Positions 1 through 12,595 are shown, counted from the first letter of the stretch. The stretch is DNA of 57,359 bases from Octopus sinensis (GCF_006345805.1 NW_021833789.1:1-57359); one strand, 5' to 3'. A program made the numbers and translations. The notes: a model not told the origin generated them from the letters alone.

Positions 1-3000
1 CTGGGCTGCAGGAGACAAGACTTCCCTCAAACGGCAGACTCAAAGAGCAGGACTTCACCTTCTTTTGGCAGGGAAGAGATCCAGAAAACCTCGTCAACAT
101 GGCGTTGGCTTTGCAGTGAGAAACTCACTACTCTCCTCAATAAAACACCATCGGGAAGCACTGAGCGTATCCTCTCACTGCGCCTCTCGACTTCTTCTGG
201 CTCAGTACATCTACTCAGCATCTATGCTCCCACTCTCTACAGCTCAGAGGAGACCAAGATCAGTTCTACAAAGATCTCAACTGTGTCCTAGAAAATATAC
301 AACGACTGAAATATCTACCTTCTAGGGGATTTTAACGCTCGCGTGGGATCTGACCATGATTCGTGGCCCATTTGTTGGGACACTTTGGTATTGGCAACAT
401 GAATGACAATGGTCAGAGACTACTCGAATTCTGCACATACCACAACCTGTGCATCACAAACACATTCTTCACCAGCAAGCCATCCCACAAGGCATCCTGG
501 AGACATCCAAGATCTCACCACTGGCATCAGCTGGATCTCATCATTACACGGAGATCCTTTCTGAGTTCCACTCTATTGACCGCAGTTACCACAGTGCGGA
601 TTGTGACACAGACCACTCACTAATTAGAAGCAGGGTGAGGATTCTCCCTAAAAAAGTCCATCGCTCAAGAAAGTGGGCTGACCACGCATCAACACCGCCA
701 GAACCTCGGACCCTACACTGCAAAAATGTTTTGCTGTTCTATCAAGGTTGCCCTCAGTAGCTGCCCAACCTCCTCTGCTGAAAGTAGGTGGGACTATATC
801 AGGGAAGCCTTGTATACGACATCATTGGATACTTTCGGCATGAGAGAAAGGCAAAACCCAGATTGGTTCAATGCTGGGCTCTCAGAGCTGGAGCCAGTTA
901 TCGAAGCAAGCGTGCAGCTCTGGTGCAATACAAGAGTGACTCTTTTACAAAGTCACTCGATGAACTCAGAAAGGCACGAAATAAAACCCAACTGACCCAG
1001 ATGCTGTGCAAATAGGTATTGGCAGGAAATCTGTCAGAGTATCCAGTCAGCTGCTGACAGGGGCGACACCCGTGGGATGTATGCCGGTTTGAAGAAGGCC
1101 CTCGGTCCATCCGCAACCAAGTCAGCCCCTCTGAAATCAGCTACTGGAGATCTCATCAGGGATCAAGGCAAGCAAATGGATAGATGGGTGGAGCACTACC
1201 AGGATCTCTACTCACGGGAGACCACAGTGGCTGAGGCTGCAGTCGAGAGTGTCAAGATCTTGCCAGTCATGTGCGAACTTGACAGTCCGCCATCTATAGC
1301 AGAGCTCACCAAGGCTGTTGACTCCCTAGCAAGAAATAAGGCTCGGGAAAAGACGGCATCCCCTCAGAGATCATCAAAGCCGGCAAAAAACACCATCCTG
1401 CTTCGGCACCTTCATGAGCTTCTGTGTCAGTGCTGGGAAGAGGGTACAGTCCCTCAGGATATGCGGGATGCCAACATCATTACGCTCTACAAAAACAAAG
1501 GTGACCGTGGTGATTGTAACAATTACCGTGGTATATCCCTTCTAAGCACTGTTGGAAAGACCTTTGCCCGCGTTATCCTGGCCAGGCTACAACTACTTGC
1601 TTCTCGAATCTATCCGGAATCGCAGCAGTGTGGCTTAGAAGAAGCAGATCAACTATCGATATGATATTCTCCATACGCCAACTTCAGGAGAAGTCAAGAG
1701 AGCAGAAAATGCCATTATATATGGCCTTCATTGATCTAACAAAGGCTTTTGATCGGGTAAGCGAACAGGCCTCTTCCTCCTGCTCCAAAAAATCGGATGT
1801 CCACCAAAGCTGCTGAGGATCATCAAGTCTTTCCATGATGACATGCAAGGCACCATACAGCACACAACGGTTCAACATCAGCCGCCTTCCAAATAAAAAA
1901 CGGGGTAAAGCAAGGCGGTGTCCTCTCTCCTACATTGTTTGGCATCTCTTCTCACTCTTGCTGTCACATGCCTTTCAGACATCAGATGATGGAGTGTTTC
2001 TGCACAGTAGGAAGTGACGGGAAACTGTTCAATCTCTCGCGCCTGCGTGCCAAGACCAAAATCAGAAAACGTCCTGATCAAGGAGATGTTATTTGCTGAT
2101 GATGCCGCTCGGTAACACACACAGAAGAAGCCCTCCAAAGGCTCATTAACTGTTTTGAGCAAGCATGTAACGACTTGGGTTAGCTATCAGCCTTAAGAAG
2201 ACCAACATCATGGGCCAGGCTACATCGGACATCCCAAACATACATATTGGAGACCACAGATTACAAGAGGTGGAGAAGTTTACCTATCTGGGCTCTACCG
2301 TCACCTACAAACTATCCCTTGACGCTGAGCTCAATATACGCATTGGCAAGGCAGCTGCTGCGATGGCCCAACTCTCCAAACAGGCTTGGGACAACAATAA
2401 GCTGACCAAGACCACAAAAATGAAGATCTACCAGGCATGTGTACTCAGCACTCTACTGTATGGAAGCGAGACCTGGACGCTATACACACGCCAAGAGCGT
2501 CGCCTAAACATCTTTCACCTGCGCTGCCTCCGAAAAATCCTCCACATCAAATGGCAGAATCATATCCCCAACAAAGATGTCCTCAGGCAAGCAGGAATAC
2601 CAAGCATGTTGCACTCCTCACACAAAGACGTATGAGATGGTTTGGGCATGTTAGCCGTATGAAAGATGGCAGAATCCCCAAGGACATACTCTACGGAGAG
2701 CTTGCTAGGGGACTAGGTCTGTGGGTAGACCGATCTTACGTTACAAGGATGTTTGCAAAAGGGATATGAAGGCCTGCAACATCAACATTAGCGGGGGGGG
2801 GGAGGCAGTCGCCGGCAACCGTGGAGAATGGCGACGTACAGTAAAAGAGGGTATACAGAGGAGTGACAGAGAAGAGAGGAGAAATGGAAAGAAAGGAAGA
2901 GACATAAACAGAGACCATGGCACTACAATCAGCCAGGAACAGTCTTCGCTACATGCAGTACCTGCCAGAGGGAGTGTTGTCCAGATAGGACTACACAGCC

Positions 3001-3107
3001 ACAGCAAGAAATGTAACAGGAAATAAAATATAACAGCCGGACTAGACCTAGAAAAAAAAAAAAAATGCGCAACTCCATTGTCTCCCGAGACAGAAAGGAT
3101 GCTAACA
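1..3107 (+). mobile_element. Decayed RTE-clade (BovB/RTE-1-like) LINE: AP-endonuclease remnant, RT and 3' end; many frameshifts
   Basis: ORF pieces: GVGFAV (65..325), GHFGIGNMNDNGQRLLEFC..HNLCITNTFF..WRHPRS.HWHQLD (363..623), DCNNYRGISLLS (1077..1664), SRSTIDMIFSIRQLQEKSREQKMPLYMAFIDLTKAFD (1628..1816), EMLFADD near 2085, LLYGSETWTL (2210..2635), DGRIPKDILYGEL. 5' part runs off the window. Confidence 0.92.
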
Positions 3108-3461
3108 ATGTATTTTTGTATGTGTGCAAGTATGTATGTATGTAGGTATATGTGTACATATGTATGTATGTATACATGTATGTATGTATGTATGTATGCA
3201 TGTATGTATGTATGTATGTATGTACGTAAGTATGTATGTTTATGTGTATGTATACATGCATGTATGTATGTATGTATGTATGTATTGCATGCATGCATGT
3301 ATGTATGTATGCATGCATGTATGTATGTTTGTATGTATGCATGTACGTACGTATGTATGTATGTATGTATGTATGTATTTATGTATGCATGCATGTATGT
3401 ATGTATATATGTATGTATGTATGTATGTGTGTATGTATGTATGTATGTATGTATATGTATG

Positions 3462-3495
<34 letters not shown>

Positions 3496-3520
3496 TGTAT
3501 GTATGTATGTATGTATGTAT
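3108..3520. repeat. (TATG)n microsatellite
   Basis: Direct reading; source of the MYVC/HTYI ORFs. Confidence 0.95.
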
Positions 3521-4253
3521 GCTCCCTGGATGAGGAAATACCTTTCAGGCTGCAGAGAGCAACTGATTCCTTCCGGTCCCTTCAGCCTCGTGTCTGGTCC
3601 CAGCATGGCATCACAAGGTAAACAAAAATTGCCGTGTACCATGCATGTGTACTGACATCGCTCCTTTACTCATGTGAAACATGGACCCTTAACAAACGTC
3701 ATGTACATGTCCTTGAACGCTTTCATCAGAGATGTCTCAGACACATTTTGAGTGTTGGCTGGACCTTAGAAACTCCAGACACACAGGTCCTGAAGACAGT
3801 TGATATCTTGAGTATTGAGGCGATGGTGCACAAACACCAGTTACGTTGGACACCTTATTAGAATGAAGGATAGCAGGATCCCTAAACAAATGCTATATGG
3901 GGAACTTGTGAATAGAAAGAGACCCCGGCAAAATCAAGGTTGCGTTTTAACGACTGACTGGAGAGCAATGCCTGTCATCGCAGATGGAGGAAGCGGGTTA
4001 AGGAGAGGGTCGACACCTTTGAGAGAGCACGTGTTCTGCATGAAGAACTTAAGCGTGCTACTTGAAGGCACACTGCTGGTGTAGTGAATGCGGAAAGCTT
4101 GGATTGCAATGTTTGCAGTCGTGTATGCTTGTCAAGAGCAGGGCTCATTAGCCACCAACGGGGTCGCAAATGCAAAATATAAGTTAGTCCTTGAGGACAC
4201 AATGTTACTGAAGATCAGCAACGGTTTTCCTCGGTAATGAGTGGACGGCCATC
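3521..4253 (+). mobile_element. 5'-truncated RTE-clade LINE of a second family, with (TATG)n on both sides
   Basis: LDEEIPFRLQRATDSF; YHACVLTSLLYSCETWTLNKRHVHVLERFHQRCLRHIL; MKDSRIPKQMLYGEL; C-terminal CNVCSRVCLSRAGLISH. Confidence 0.88.
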
Positions 4254-4291
4254 ATGTATTTATGTATGTATGGAATTATGTATGTATGTAT

Positions 4292-4716
4292 CTCTTTACT
4301 CTTTACTCTTTTACTTGTTTCAGTCATTTTGACTGCGGCCATGCTGGAGCACCGCCTTAAGTCGAACAAATCGACCCCGGGACTTATTCTTTGTAAGCCC
4401 AGTACTTATTCTATCGGTCTCTTTTGCCGAACCACTAAGTGACGGGGACGTAAATATACCAGCCAGCATCAGTTGTCAAGCAATGTTAGGGGGACAAACA
4501 CAGACACACAAACACATACATACGCATACACATATATATATATACATATATACGACAGGCTTCTTTCAGTTTCCGTCTACCAAATCCACTCACAAGGCAT
4601 TGGTCGGCCCGGGGCTATAGCAGAAGACACTTGCCCAAGATGCCACGCAGTGGGACTGAACCCGGAACCATGTGGTTGGTTAGCAAGCTACTTACCACAC
4701 AGCCACCCCTGCGCCT
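4292..4716 (-). mobile_element. tRNA-derived SINE family A (CORE-like body, internal CA/TA microsatellite)
   Basis: Minus strand begins GGCGCAGGGGTGGCTGTGTGGTAAG..GGTTCAGTCCC (A/B boxes), then CTTGGGCAAGTGTCTT (CORE-like), an internal microsatellite and the tail ..GCAGTCAAAATGACTGAAACAAGTAAAAGAG. Same sequence recurs at 30300, 45015 and 50140. Confidence 0.85.
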
Positions 4717-5148
4717 GTATGTATGTATATATGTATGCATGTATGTGTGTATGTATGTGTGTATGTATTTGTGTATGTATGTGTGTATGTATGTGTATAT
4801 GTATGTATGTGTGTGTATGTATGTATGTATGTATGTATGTATTTATGTGTGTATGCATGTATGTATATGTCGGTTTATATGTATGTATATGTGTATGCAT
4901 GTGTATATATATGTGTGCATGTATGCATGTATGTATATATGTCTTTATATATGTATATGTGTACGTATGTATATATGTCTGTGTGTATGTATGTATGCAT
5001 GTATGTATTCATGTATGTAAGTATGCATGGACGGGTGCATAACAGGTATAATATTTATCTCTCTCTCCCCGTCTATCTAATCTATCTACCTATCGTGTGT
5101 TTCTGGATATACACACACATCCAAACGCAACACACAAATGCCTAATGA

Positions 5149-5149
5149 A

Positions 5150-5236
<87 letters not shown>

Positions 5237-5263
5237 ATCTATCTATCTATCTATCTATCTATC
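5149..5263. repeat. (TCTA)n microsatellite, left flank of the Tx1 element
   Basis: Direct reading. Confidence 0.95.
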
Positions 5264-7280
5264 GATACTTGGAGGCAGTCCTGAGAGCGGCTGGTTTCGG
5301 TCCCGTCTTCCGCGGCTGGATAGCTGCCTTGTACAGAGGCATTCGTTCGGTAATTCGCGTAAATGGACATCTATCGAGACCTTTCGACATTGCACGTTCG
5401 GTCCGTCAGGGATGCTCCCTCTCGGCGCTTCTATACGTATTGACTTTTGAGCCACTACTGCGGAAGCTGGCGACTCTAAGGGGTATCCCGCGAGAATTGG
5501 GATGCGGGACGAGCGTGTCTGCATACGCGGACGACGTCACCGTCATAGTGTCAAGCCACGAGCACATCGAGCGGGTCGGCGAGACACTGAAAGACTACGA
5601 AGCGGTGACAGGAGCAAAAATCAACCGGGAAAAGTCAGTGGGCTTGCGGCTCGGCACCTGGAGAAGCAAACCCATGCCGTCCACCAGTACCTCCGTTGTG
5701 GGACGCTGGACCGACGGCCCGGTTGAGTTGCTCGGGGTCTGGTTCGGTCCGGACCTCCAAATGGAGAAGAACTGGAACGAGATAACGAGTAGGGTGGTCA
5801 ATCTCGCCCAGCAATGGGCCGAGAGGAAACTGTCCCTAAAAGGTCGGGCGGAGGTGGTGAACGCGTACATCGCGTCCATAATCTACTACCGCCTGACCGT
5901 CGTACCTTGTCCCGACCCTACCATCACCAAACTAGAACGCATCCTCTTCCGCTTCTTGTGGAAAGGATGCGTCCCGATGGTCAGGCGATCCATTTGCTGT
6001 CAACACCCGTTAAAAGGAGGGCTGGGCATGCCGTGGTTGATGATGCGCAGACACGCGCTGAGACTGCGACATCTCCGGCTCTATGTAGACGATGGTGAAC
6101 AGGTGTGGTCGCCGTTTGTGAGGCACGCATTCCCGCAACTCGTCTCCATGACCGAACTACAGTCGTGGATCAAAAAGAGGCCGAGGAAGGGCGAATGGCA
6201 CCGCGAGTGTCGCGTTGCTCTCAAGCAACTCTGCCGTCCCGGGTCGACCTTGAGTGACTTCAACACAACCAAAGCATTCTATAGGGGATTAGTGGAGGGG
6301 AGGTACGACGACGAGCTCGGGGCAAACCTGGGCGTCGACGAAGAATACCTGACCCGCCTGTTTCAAACGACTTTCGGCCCGGGACCTATGGACAACTTCC
6401 AGAGATCCCTGGCCTGGCGGTGCTACCGAGAAGCGCTACCCGTTCGGGATAAGCTCTATAGGCATGGCTCGAGAAACACGGGGCCGACCTGCCTGAGATG
6501 CGGGCAGAGCGACGAAACCGCTCTGCACGCACTCGTGCAGTGTCCAGCAATTTCCCACCTGTGGGCTTATGTCGAACGACTGCTCTCACGTGTGGGACGT
6601 GTCGGTTTATCAGCCGAGTCTATCGTTAATATCGTCACGCCTCCTTCCTTCAAACGGGAAGGAAGAGCTATTTTTATCATACTTGTGGCTATGGCGAAAG
6701 AATGTATCTGGTGGACGCGCCTGAAAGGATTAGAGACAAACACTTTCCTCTCTGGTCAATCTCTCATCAACTTCTTCAAGTATCACTTGAAGAGGAACGT
6801 GAGAGTAGAGAGGCAAGTTTTGTCTAGTGAATGTTTTAAAAAAAGATGGGTGAATGTAGCAAGGATGGCACGTATGAATGACGAAGCCACCTTGACTATG
6901 ATTCTATGAACCATAAAAATTAATACAGAGAGTTGCTTATTTGCAAAAAAAAAAAAAAAAAAAGAATATAACATGTGACTTCATTGACCGAGGTTAACGT
7001 GGTCTTTTCCGTAGGCTTTTCTTTCCACGGGTAAACCTCACCTGTCCTCCCCTTTACACTTCATATTGATATTTCTGTGATAACGATCCCTATTATTCAT
7101 TTTTTTTCTCTCCCCCCCATTTTTTTAACCCCTCCCTTTTTTTTTTGTCCTTTTTCTTTCCTTTTACGATCCCTTTTGATCGAAAACCACCACTCTCTTT
7201 TTTTTTTACCCCCAAAAGAAAAGCTCTACCTTGTAATTTGTTCTATCTGTGTGCAGCCCTGTGTGGCTAATAAAGAAACA
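5264..7280 (+). mobile_element. 5'-truncated Tx1/L1-clade non-LTR retrotransposon; open frame 5269..6909 (RT C-terminal half and zinc knuckle), 3' UTR to 7280
   Basis: SVRQGCSLSALLYVL, AYADDVTV, AKINREKS, W..R.LSLKGRAEVVN, CLRCGQSDETALHALVQC; no stop codons over 546 aa; T-rich 3' UTR ending AATAAAGAAACA. Confidence 0.9.
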
Positions 7281-7366
<86 letters not shown>

Positions 7367-7374
7367 CCTATCTG

Positions 7375-7467
<93 letters not shown>

Positions 7468-7468
7468 A
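7281..7468. repeat. (TCTA)n microsatellite, right flank of the Tx1 element
   Basis: Direct reading. Confidence 0.95.
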
Positions 7469-7949
7469 TTAATTATTAGGTGATTTTCCATCGAGAATTT
7501 GTTTATCACTGATCATGGAGCGATATGTAAATTATGCAAATCTATGTATATGAGTGCGATTGCGTGTTTGTATGCGTCAGGATTGGCGGGAAGAGAGGCG
7601 TCCGCACGCGTGCGTTCATGGGCGTATCTTTGCAAGAATTTCAGAGTTTGAGTGTAGAGACACTTTCGGGTGGTATTGTGATAAATATATTCGTATATAT
7701 TCGTTCTATGTTAATGGTTTTGAAGATGATGGTTACACGTAAGCATTCAAAGAGGTTTTCATATCGTGAAGGGACAGACGATGTCAAACAAGGACTTCAG
7801 AAGTAAACATAAGAATACGAACATAAATACGCAGGTTCTGTTGTTTGTATTCGTACAAGAGAGAGAAGGAGAGAGAGAGAGAGTGAGAGAGAGAGAGAGA
7901 GGGAGAGAGGGGGAGAAGGCAGAGGAAGAGAGGACGAGCGAGTTTCCAT

Positions 7950-8370
7950 ATATATATATGTATGTATGTATGTATTTATGTATGTATGTATGTATGTATG
8001 TATGTATGTATGTGTGTATGTATGTATGTATGTATGTATGTATGTATGTATGAAAATATGTATGTATGTATGTATGTATGTATTTATGTATGTATGTATG
8101 TATGTATGTATGTATGTATGTGTGTGTGTATGTATGTATGTATGTATGTATGTATGTATGTGTGTATGTGTGTGTGTATGTATGTATGTATGTATGTATG
8201 TATGTATTATGTATGTATGTATGTATGTATGTATGTGTGTGTTATGTATGTATGTATGTATGTATGTATGTATGTGTGTGTATGTATGTGTGCGTGTATG
8301 TATGTATTTATGTATGTATGTATGTATGTATTTATGTATGTATGTATGTGTGTGTGTGTATGTATGTATG
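7950..8370. repeat. (TATG)n microsatellite
   Basis: Direct reading. Confidence 0.95.
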
Positions 8371-8589
8371 CTTTATGCATTTATATGTGTGCGTTTACAT
8401 GTATACATACATGCAGAGAAGGAGGAGAGAAAGAAAGATGCTATACACTCCCCACACACACATATATAAGTATATATGTATCCGTTTATGAATTTGTGTC
8501 GCATGATTCCTGATGTGAATTCGTGTGTTGAAACTGACATTGTTGTATTTCGGTATGGTCAGTTTTCTTGAGCCCACAAGTTAACCGTA

Positions 8590-9601
8590 AGGTTAGGGAT
8601 ATAGTGTATAGCTTACGATGTAAGCATGACGGTGCAGAAACATGACAACTACTTATATTGGCGAGACAACGCGCACCATAGGCGAGCGTATAGGTGAATA
8701 CTGGTGAGAGCTCAAAGAGCAGAGAGGCTCGTCAGTGTTCTACCAACATGCTCAAGGAGAACATGGTAGCTCAGTCAATGGCATCGAGGTCAAAATATTA
8801 TCAACGCATAGAACTGACACGACATTTAGACATTTAGACATTTAGACAGGACACACACCTAACAATATAGAGACCGAGCTTCAACAGAAAATACAAATAG
8901 AACAATAAACACTACACCATATTACAATTAACGACTGAAGGGAGAAAAGAACAGATACAAAGAGCGTAATACACATACAATAGACATATATGCACATATC
9001 TATGATAGATATATTAAAAAACTGTGTAAAGGGCATGGACACAAACAGCACAGGAAGCGAACCCATATACATACACAAACACACAAATGGTAACTTCACG
9101 GACAGTCGCAATGATATCAACAAGACGAGGAACAATGACAACAGCAACAGCGGAAACAAAAATGGCAACAACAACAACAACAACAACAAAAACAACTATC
9201 ACGATGGCAGCAGCGTGGTCGAAAACACAAACACAGTGAAGGACAAGAACGGTACAAAAAGTCGGGTTCAAGGGCAACAGCCGCGGCAACAGCGTAGGGG
9301 ACGGGGATGAGGGGAGCGTCATAGGACTACTAAGAACAATCACACACACACACACACACTCACACACACAGACGCATGCATATATATGGAGACAACACAT
9401 CATAGAAGAACAGAACGGAATAAGCAGAGCAAGAGCGCAGATGAAGAGGGAAAGTGTCGCCGAGGAGGTCACAGATGTGTGACATGACGAAAGATTTCCG
9501 GACAATGGACTCGAGTTAGAATAAGAAGAGTAATAAACAAGTAAAGAACCAATATATAGTGCGTGTGTTTATATGGCAAAAAAAGATGACCGTCCCGAAA
9601 T

Positions 9602-9610
<9 letters not shown>
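8590..9610 (+). mobile_element. Penelope-like element remnant: GIY-YIG endonuclease C-terminus plus 3' region
   Basis: Manual translation of 8604-8830: RDIVYSLRCKH..TYIGETTRTIGERIGEY..SSVFYQHAQGEHG..IEVKILSTH (GIY-YIG signature, with a frameshift and a stop). A degenerate hammerhead lies downstream at 9455. Confidence 0.75.
9455..9504 (+). ncRNA. Degenerate type I hammerhead ribozyme motif
   Basis: TGTCG CCGAGGA G GTCA..TGAC GAAA GATTTC CGGACA; core U4->C and an imperfect stem I. Confidence 0.35.
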
Positions 9611-9639
<29 letters not shown>

Positions 9640-10060
9640 TGGGAGAACCGCAACCGGCAGAACTGAGAAAAACATCGCAGATGTGCGTGCAGCTGTAAGG
9701 GAAAATCGTCGAATTACCATCCTTGAGTTATTAGAGGATTGCAGATTAGTTACGGTTCAGTTCAGTCCATTATCACTGAAGATTTTGGCATGGGACGTGT
9801 GTCTGCAAAGTTTGTGCCAAATCTACTTTCAGCTGACGGAGATCTCCTTCATTGAGTCGGGAACGATGGAAAGTTTTTGAAAACTTTGAGTAGGCCTCTG
9901 AGCAGGTATCACCAAGCTTTTGGCAAAATTTGATGCAGATTCTCTCCTCAACTTTCGCTGTCATGGTCAAAGTGACGATTACACACTACACACCTTCCTT
10001 CCAAACACTGCTGTAAATAGCAGAAGTGAGCTAGAATGTTAAAACTTAGTATGCATGCGC
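9640..10060. mobile_element. Rearranged mariner transposase relic with an internal inversion
   Basis: Plus strand 9640-9888: SGR..VRAAVRENRRITI..VSAKFVPNLLSAD..DLL..VGNDGKFLKTL. Minus strand 10060-9888: 5' UTR and MTAKVEERICIKFCQKLGDTCSEAYS. Confidence 0.8.
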
Positions 10061-10119
10061 AGCAAAGTTCAAGTTCTGTCTGTTCCAAGCAGCTTCACTC
10101 TCCGGCTACGTATTGATCA

Positions 10120-10612
10120 GGCCACGTAGATTGCTGCCGGAAGGCCATGTGTGTGGTAGCAGGATTCCGTTCTTTGCTATACTTCAGGAAAAGTCAGATG
10201 GGGTTGTCAGAGAATTTCTTACGACTTCACCAGCCCCAATTTCTTGCCTCCTAATTCTGACGATTAGCAAACCCGGGCATTACTATGTGTGGGGCGCGTC
10301 TGAGAAATAAAGTACTAACCGCTCTGCTGGCAACATCAAGGCCAAGCTGAGCGCCAAGATCATAGAGATGCTCGAAATCTTCTCAGGGACACACTGTGAG
10401 GAACATAGGCGACAAGTTCTAGAGCCGTATTGAGGCCACTGTGGAAGGTGAGGGCGGCCGATTGGTGTAAACTGTTATCTGCCAACCATAATCACGTTGA
10501 TGTTTTTTGTTTGAGTTTTTTAAAAATGTTTTTATTTTTGCATCGGATATTGTGTTCATTTTTCGTTTTGTGCAAACTGTCAAATTTAACCCGAACACCC
10601 TGTTCATACATA
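10120..10612 (+). mobile_element. Tc1/mariner (maT/DD37D-like) 3' relic with right end
   Basis: Frameshifted WQQDS..RKSQM..SENF.DFTSPNF.PPNS..YYVWGA..R.RIEA.VE.EGG; terminal ..AACACCCTG near 10609. Confidence 0.7.
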
Positions 10613-10629
10613 CATGCAATAACCATGGA

Positions 10630-10708
10630 TATATATATATATATATATATGTATGTATATATGTATATGTGTGTGAGTGTATATTATTTATATATATATA
10701 ATATATAT

Positions 10709-10739
<31 letters not shown>

Positions 10740-10779
10740 ATATATGTATATGTGTGTGAGTGTATAGATATTATATATA

Positions 10780-10810
<31 letters not shown>

Positions 10811-10925
10811 CGCATGTGTGTGGTGTGTGTATGTATATGTATATCTGTATATGTGAGTGTATAATGTATATACATATATATGTATGTATATGTGTGTGTG
10901 TGTGTGTGTATTGTTGTATGTGTGT
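10630..10925. repeat. (TA)n/(TG)n microsatellite
   Basis: Direct reading. Confidence 0.9.
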
Positions 10926-11164
10926 ACTATACAAACACAACACTACTAATTACAAGGCCACTTCTACCCGAAACGTTTCTCTCCCACCCTTAGCCCTCCC
11001 TCCCCCAGTGGTCGGGGCAGAGGTAGAGGGGAATTGTGGGGGTGAGCATAGTGTGAAGTGATATATATGTTAAAGCGAAACATTCTACTTCATTCGTTGC
11101 CAATGTTTAAGAGCTGCTGCAAACTGGATTTCAACAATACACCGGCCCTTTGTAAACCCCTCTT

Positions 11165-11600
11165 CCTCCTCCCTCCTCCTCCTCCACCAGCACCATCATC
11201 ACCACCAACCACCATTACCACCAGCACCAGTACTAGCAGTACCACGACCACCACCGCCGCCGCCGCCACCACGACCACGACCACGACCATCACCACACTG
11301 CTGTCACTGCCCCGACCTGTTCCCATCACCACCACCACCACCGCCCACCCCACCACCACCACACCACCACCACAAACCACCCCGCCCACCTGGACTGCAC
11401 ATCACCACTACCCACACCACACCGCCGCCGCCACCGCCGCCGCCAACCGCCGCCACCGCCGCCCACCACCGCCGCCGCCACCGCCGCCGCCACCGCCGCC
11501 ACCGCCGCGCCACCACACACCACCCCCACCACCACCACACATACACCAATACCACTGTCGCCGCCCCGGACCCCCCCACCACCGCCACCGCCGCCGCCGC
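11165..11600. repeat. (CCA)n/(CCG)n low-complexity GC-rich tract
   Basis: Direct reading. Confidence 0.9.
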
Positions 11601-12226
11601 TGGTAAGCAGACGCTTCACTTTTTGTTGGTTTTACTTCTGAGACTGTGTGATGTCATCGTGTTAGAAAGGAACCAGCCCTGTTTTTAGAGTAGAATGAAC
11701 GCTGGACCCTCTCTGTAGGACAGGCACACGTCATCACTGGGGCAGTGCTTGTTTATTTCAAGGGAAGCAATGTTGTTAAGGCCCAGGAGCCGGAGCTTTC
11801 AGCACGGTCGCCCGTGTTGGCGCCGCATCTGACATCCGAACCCTTTAATTCCGACAAGGAGCCTTATGTCAGTCAGAAGGGAAGGTTTATGTTCAAGTCA
11901 AACTGACATTGGTAAAACCTCTCTATTTGACCAATATGGTGTTGTGGTAGTTGTTGTTGTTGTTGTTGCTATTGTTGGTGGTGGCAGTGGTGGAAGGGAT
12001 AGCGCTTGTTGTTATTATTTCTGATGGCGGCGATGGATGGTAACAAGAAGATGGACGAAGCGTGAGATGCAGACGAGAACGGATATCGCATACATATCAG
12101 TATGTGTGTGTGTGTGTGTGAGTATTTGTGCACGCATATATGTATATATGTGTGTGTGTATGTGTGAGTGTATGTGTATGTGGGTGCGCGTGTGTGTGCA
12201 TTTATATCTCTATATACCTTATATAT

Positions 12227-12299
<73 letters not shown>

Positions 12300-12417
12300 T
12301 TTGGGTGTATGTATGTCCCTCTCTGTCACACACACTCTCTCTCTTGTACATGTGTAAATGGGAATATTTGGTGTATACATATATAACGCTTATTCGTCGT
12401 TCACGGCGAAAGAAGCG

Positions 12418-12448
<31 letters not shown>

Positions 12449-12490
12449 ATATATATATATATATACATATGTATCTCTCTCTCTTCTCTG

Positions 12491-12580
<90 letters not shown>

Positions 12581-12595
12581 CATATATATATATAT

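Noticed and set aside
8990-9310. 106-aa Asn-rich ORF
   Set aside because: It lies in the 3' region of the Penelope-like remnant and is driven by an (AAC)n run; no recognisable domain.
11058-11606. 182-aa Pro/Thr/His-rich ORF
   Set aside because: Product of (CCA/CCG)n repeats with no domain; only the adjacent donor-like site is kept as a weak finding.
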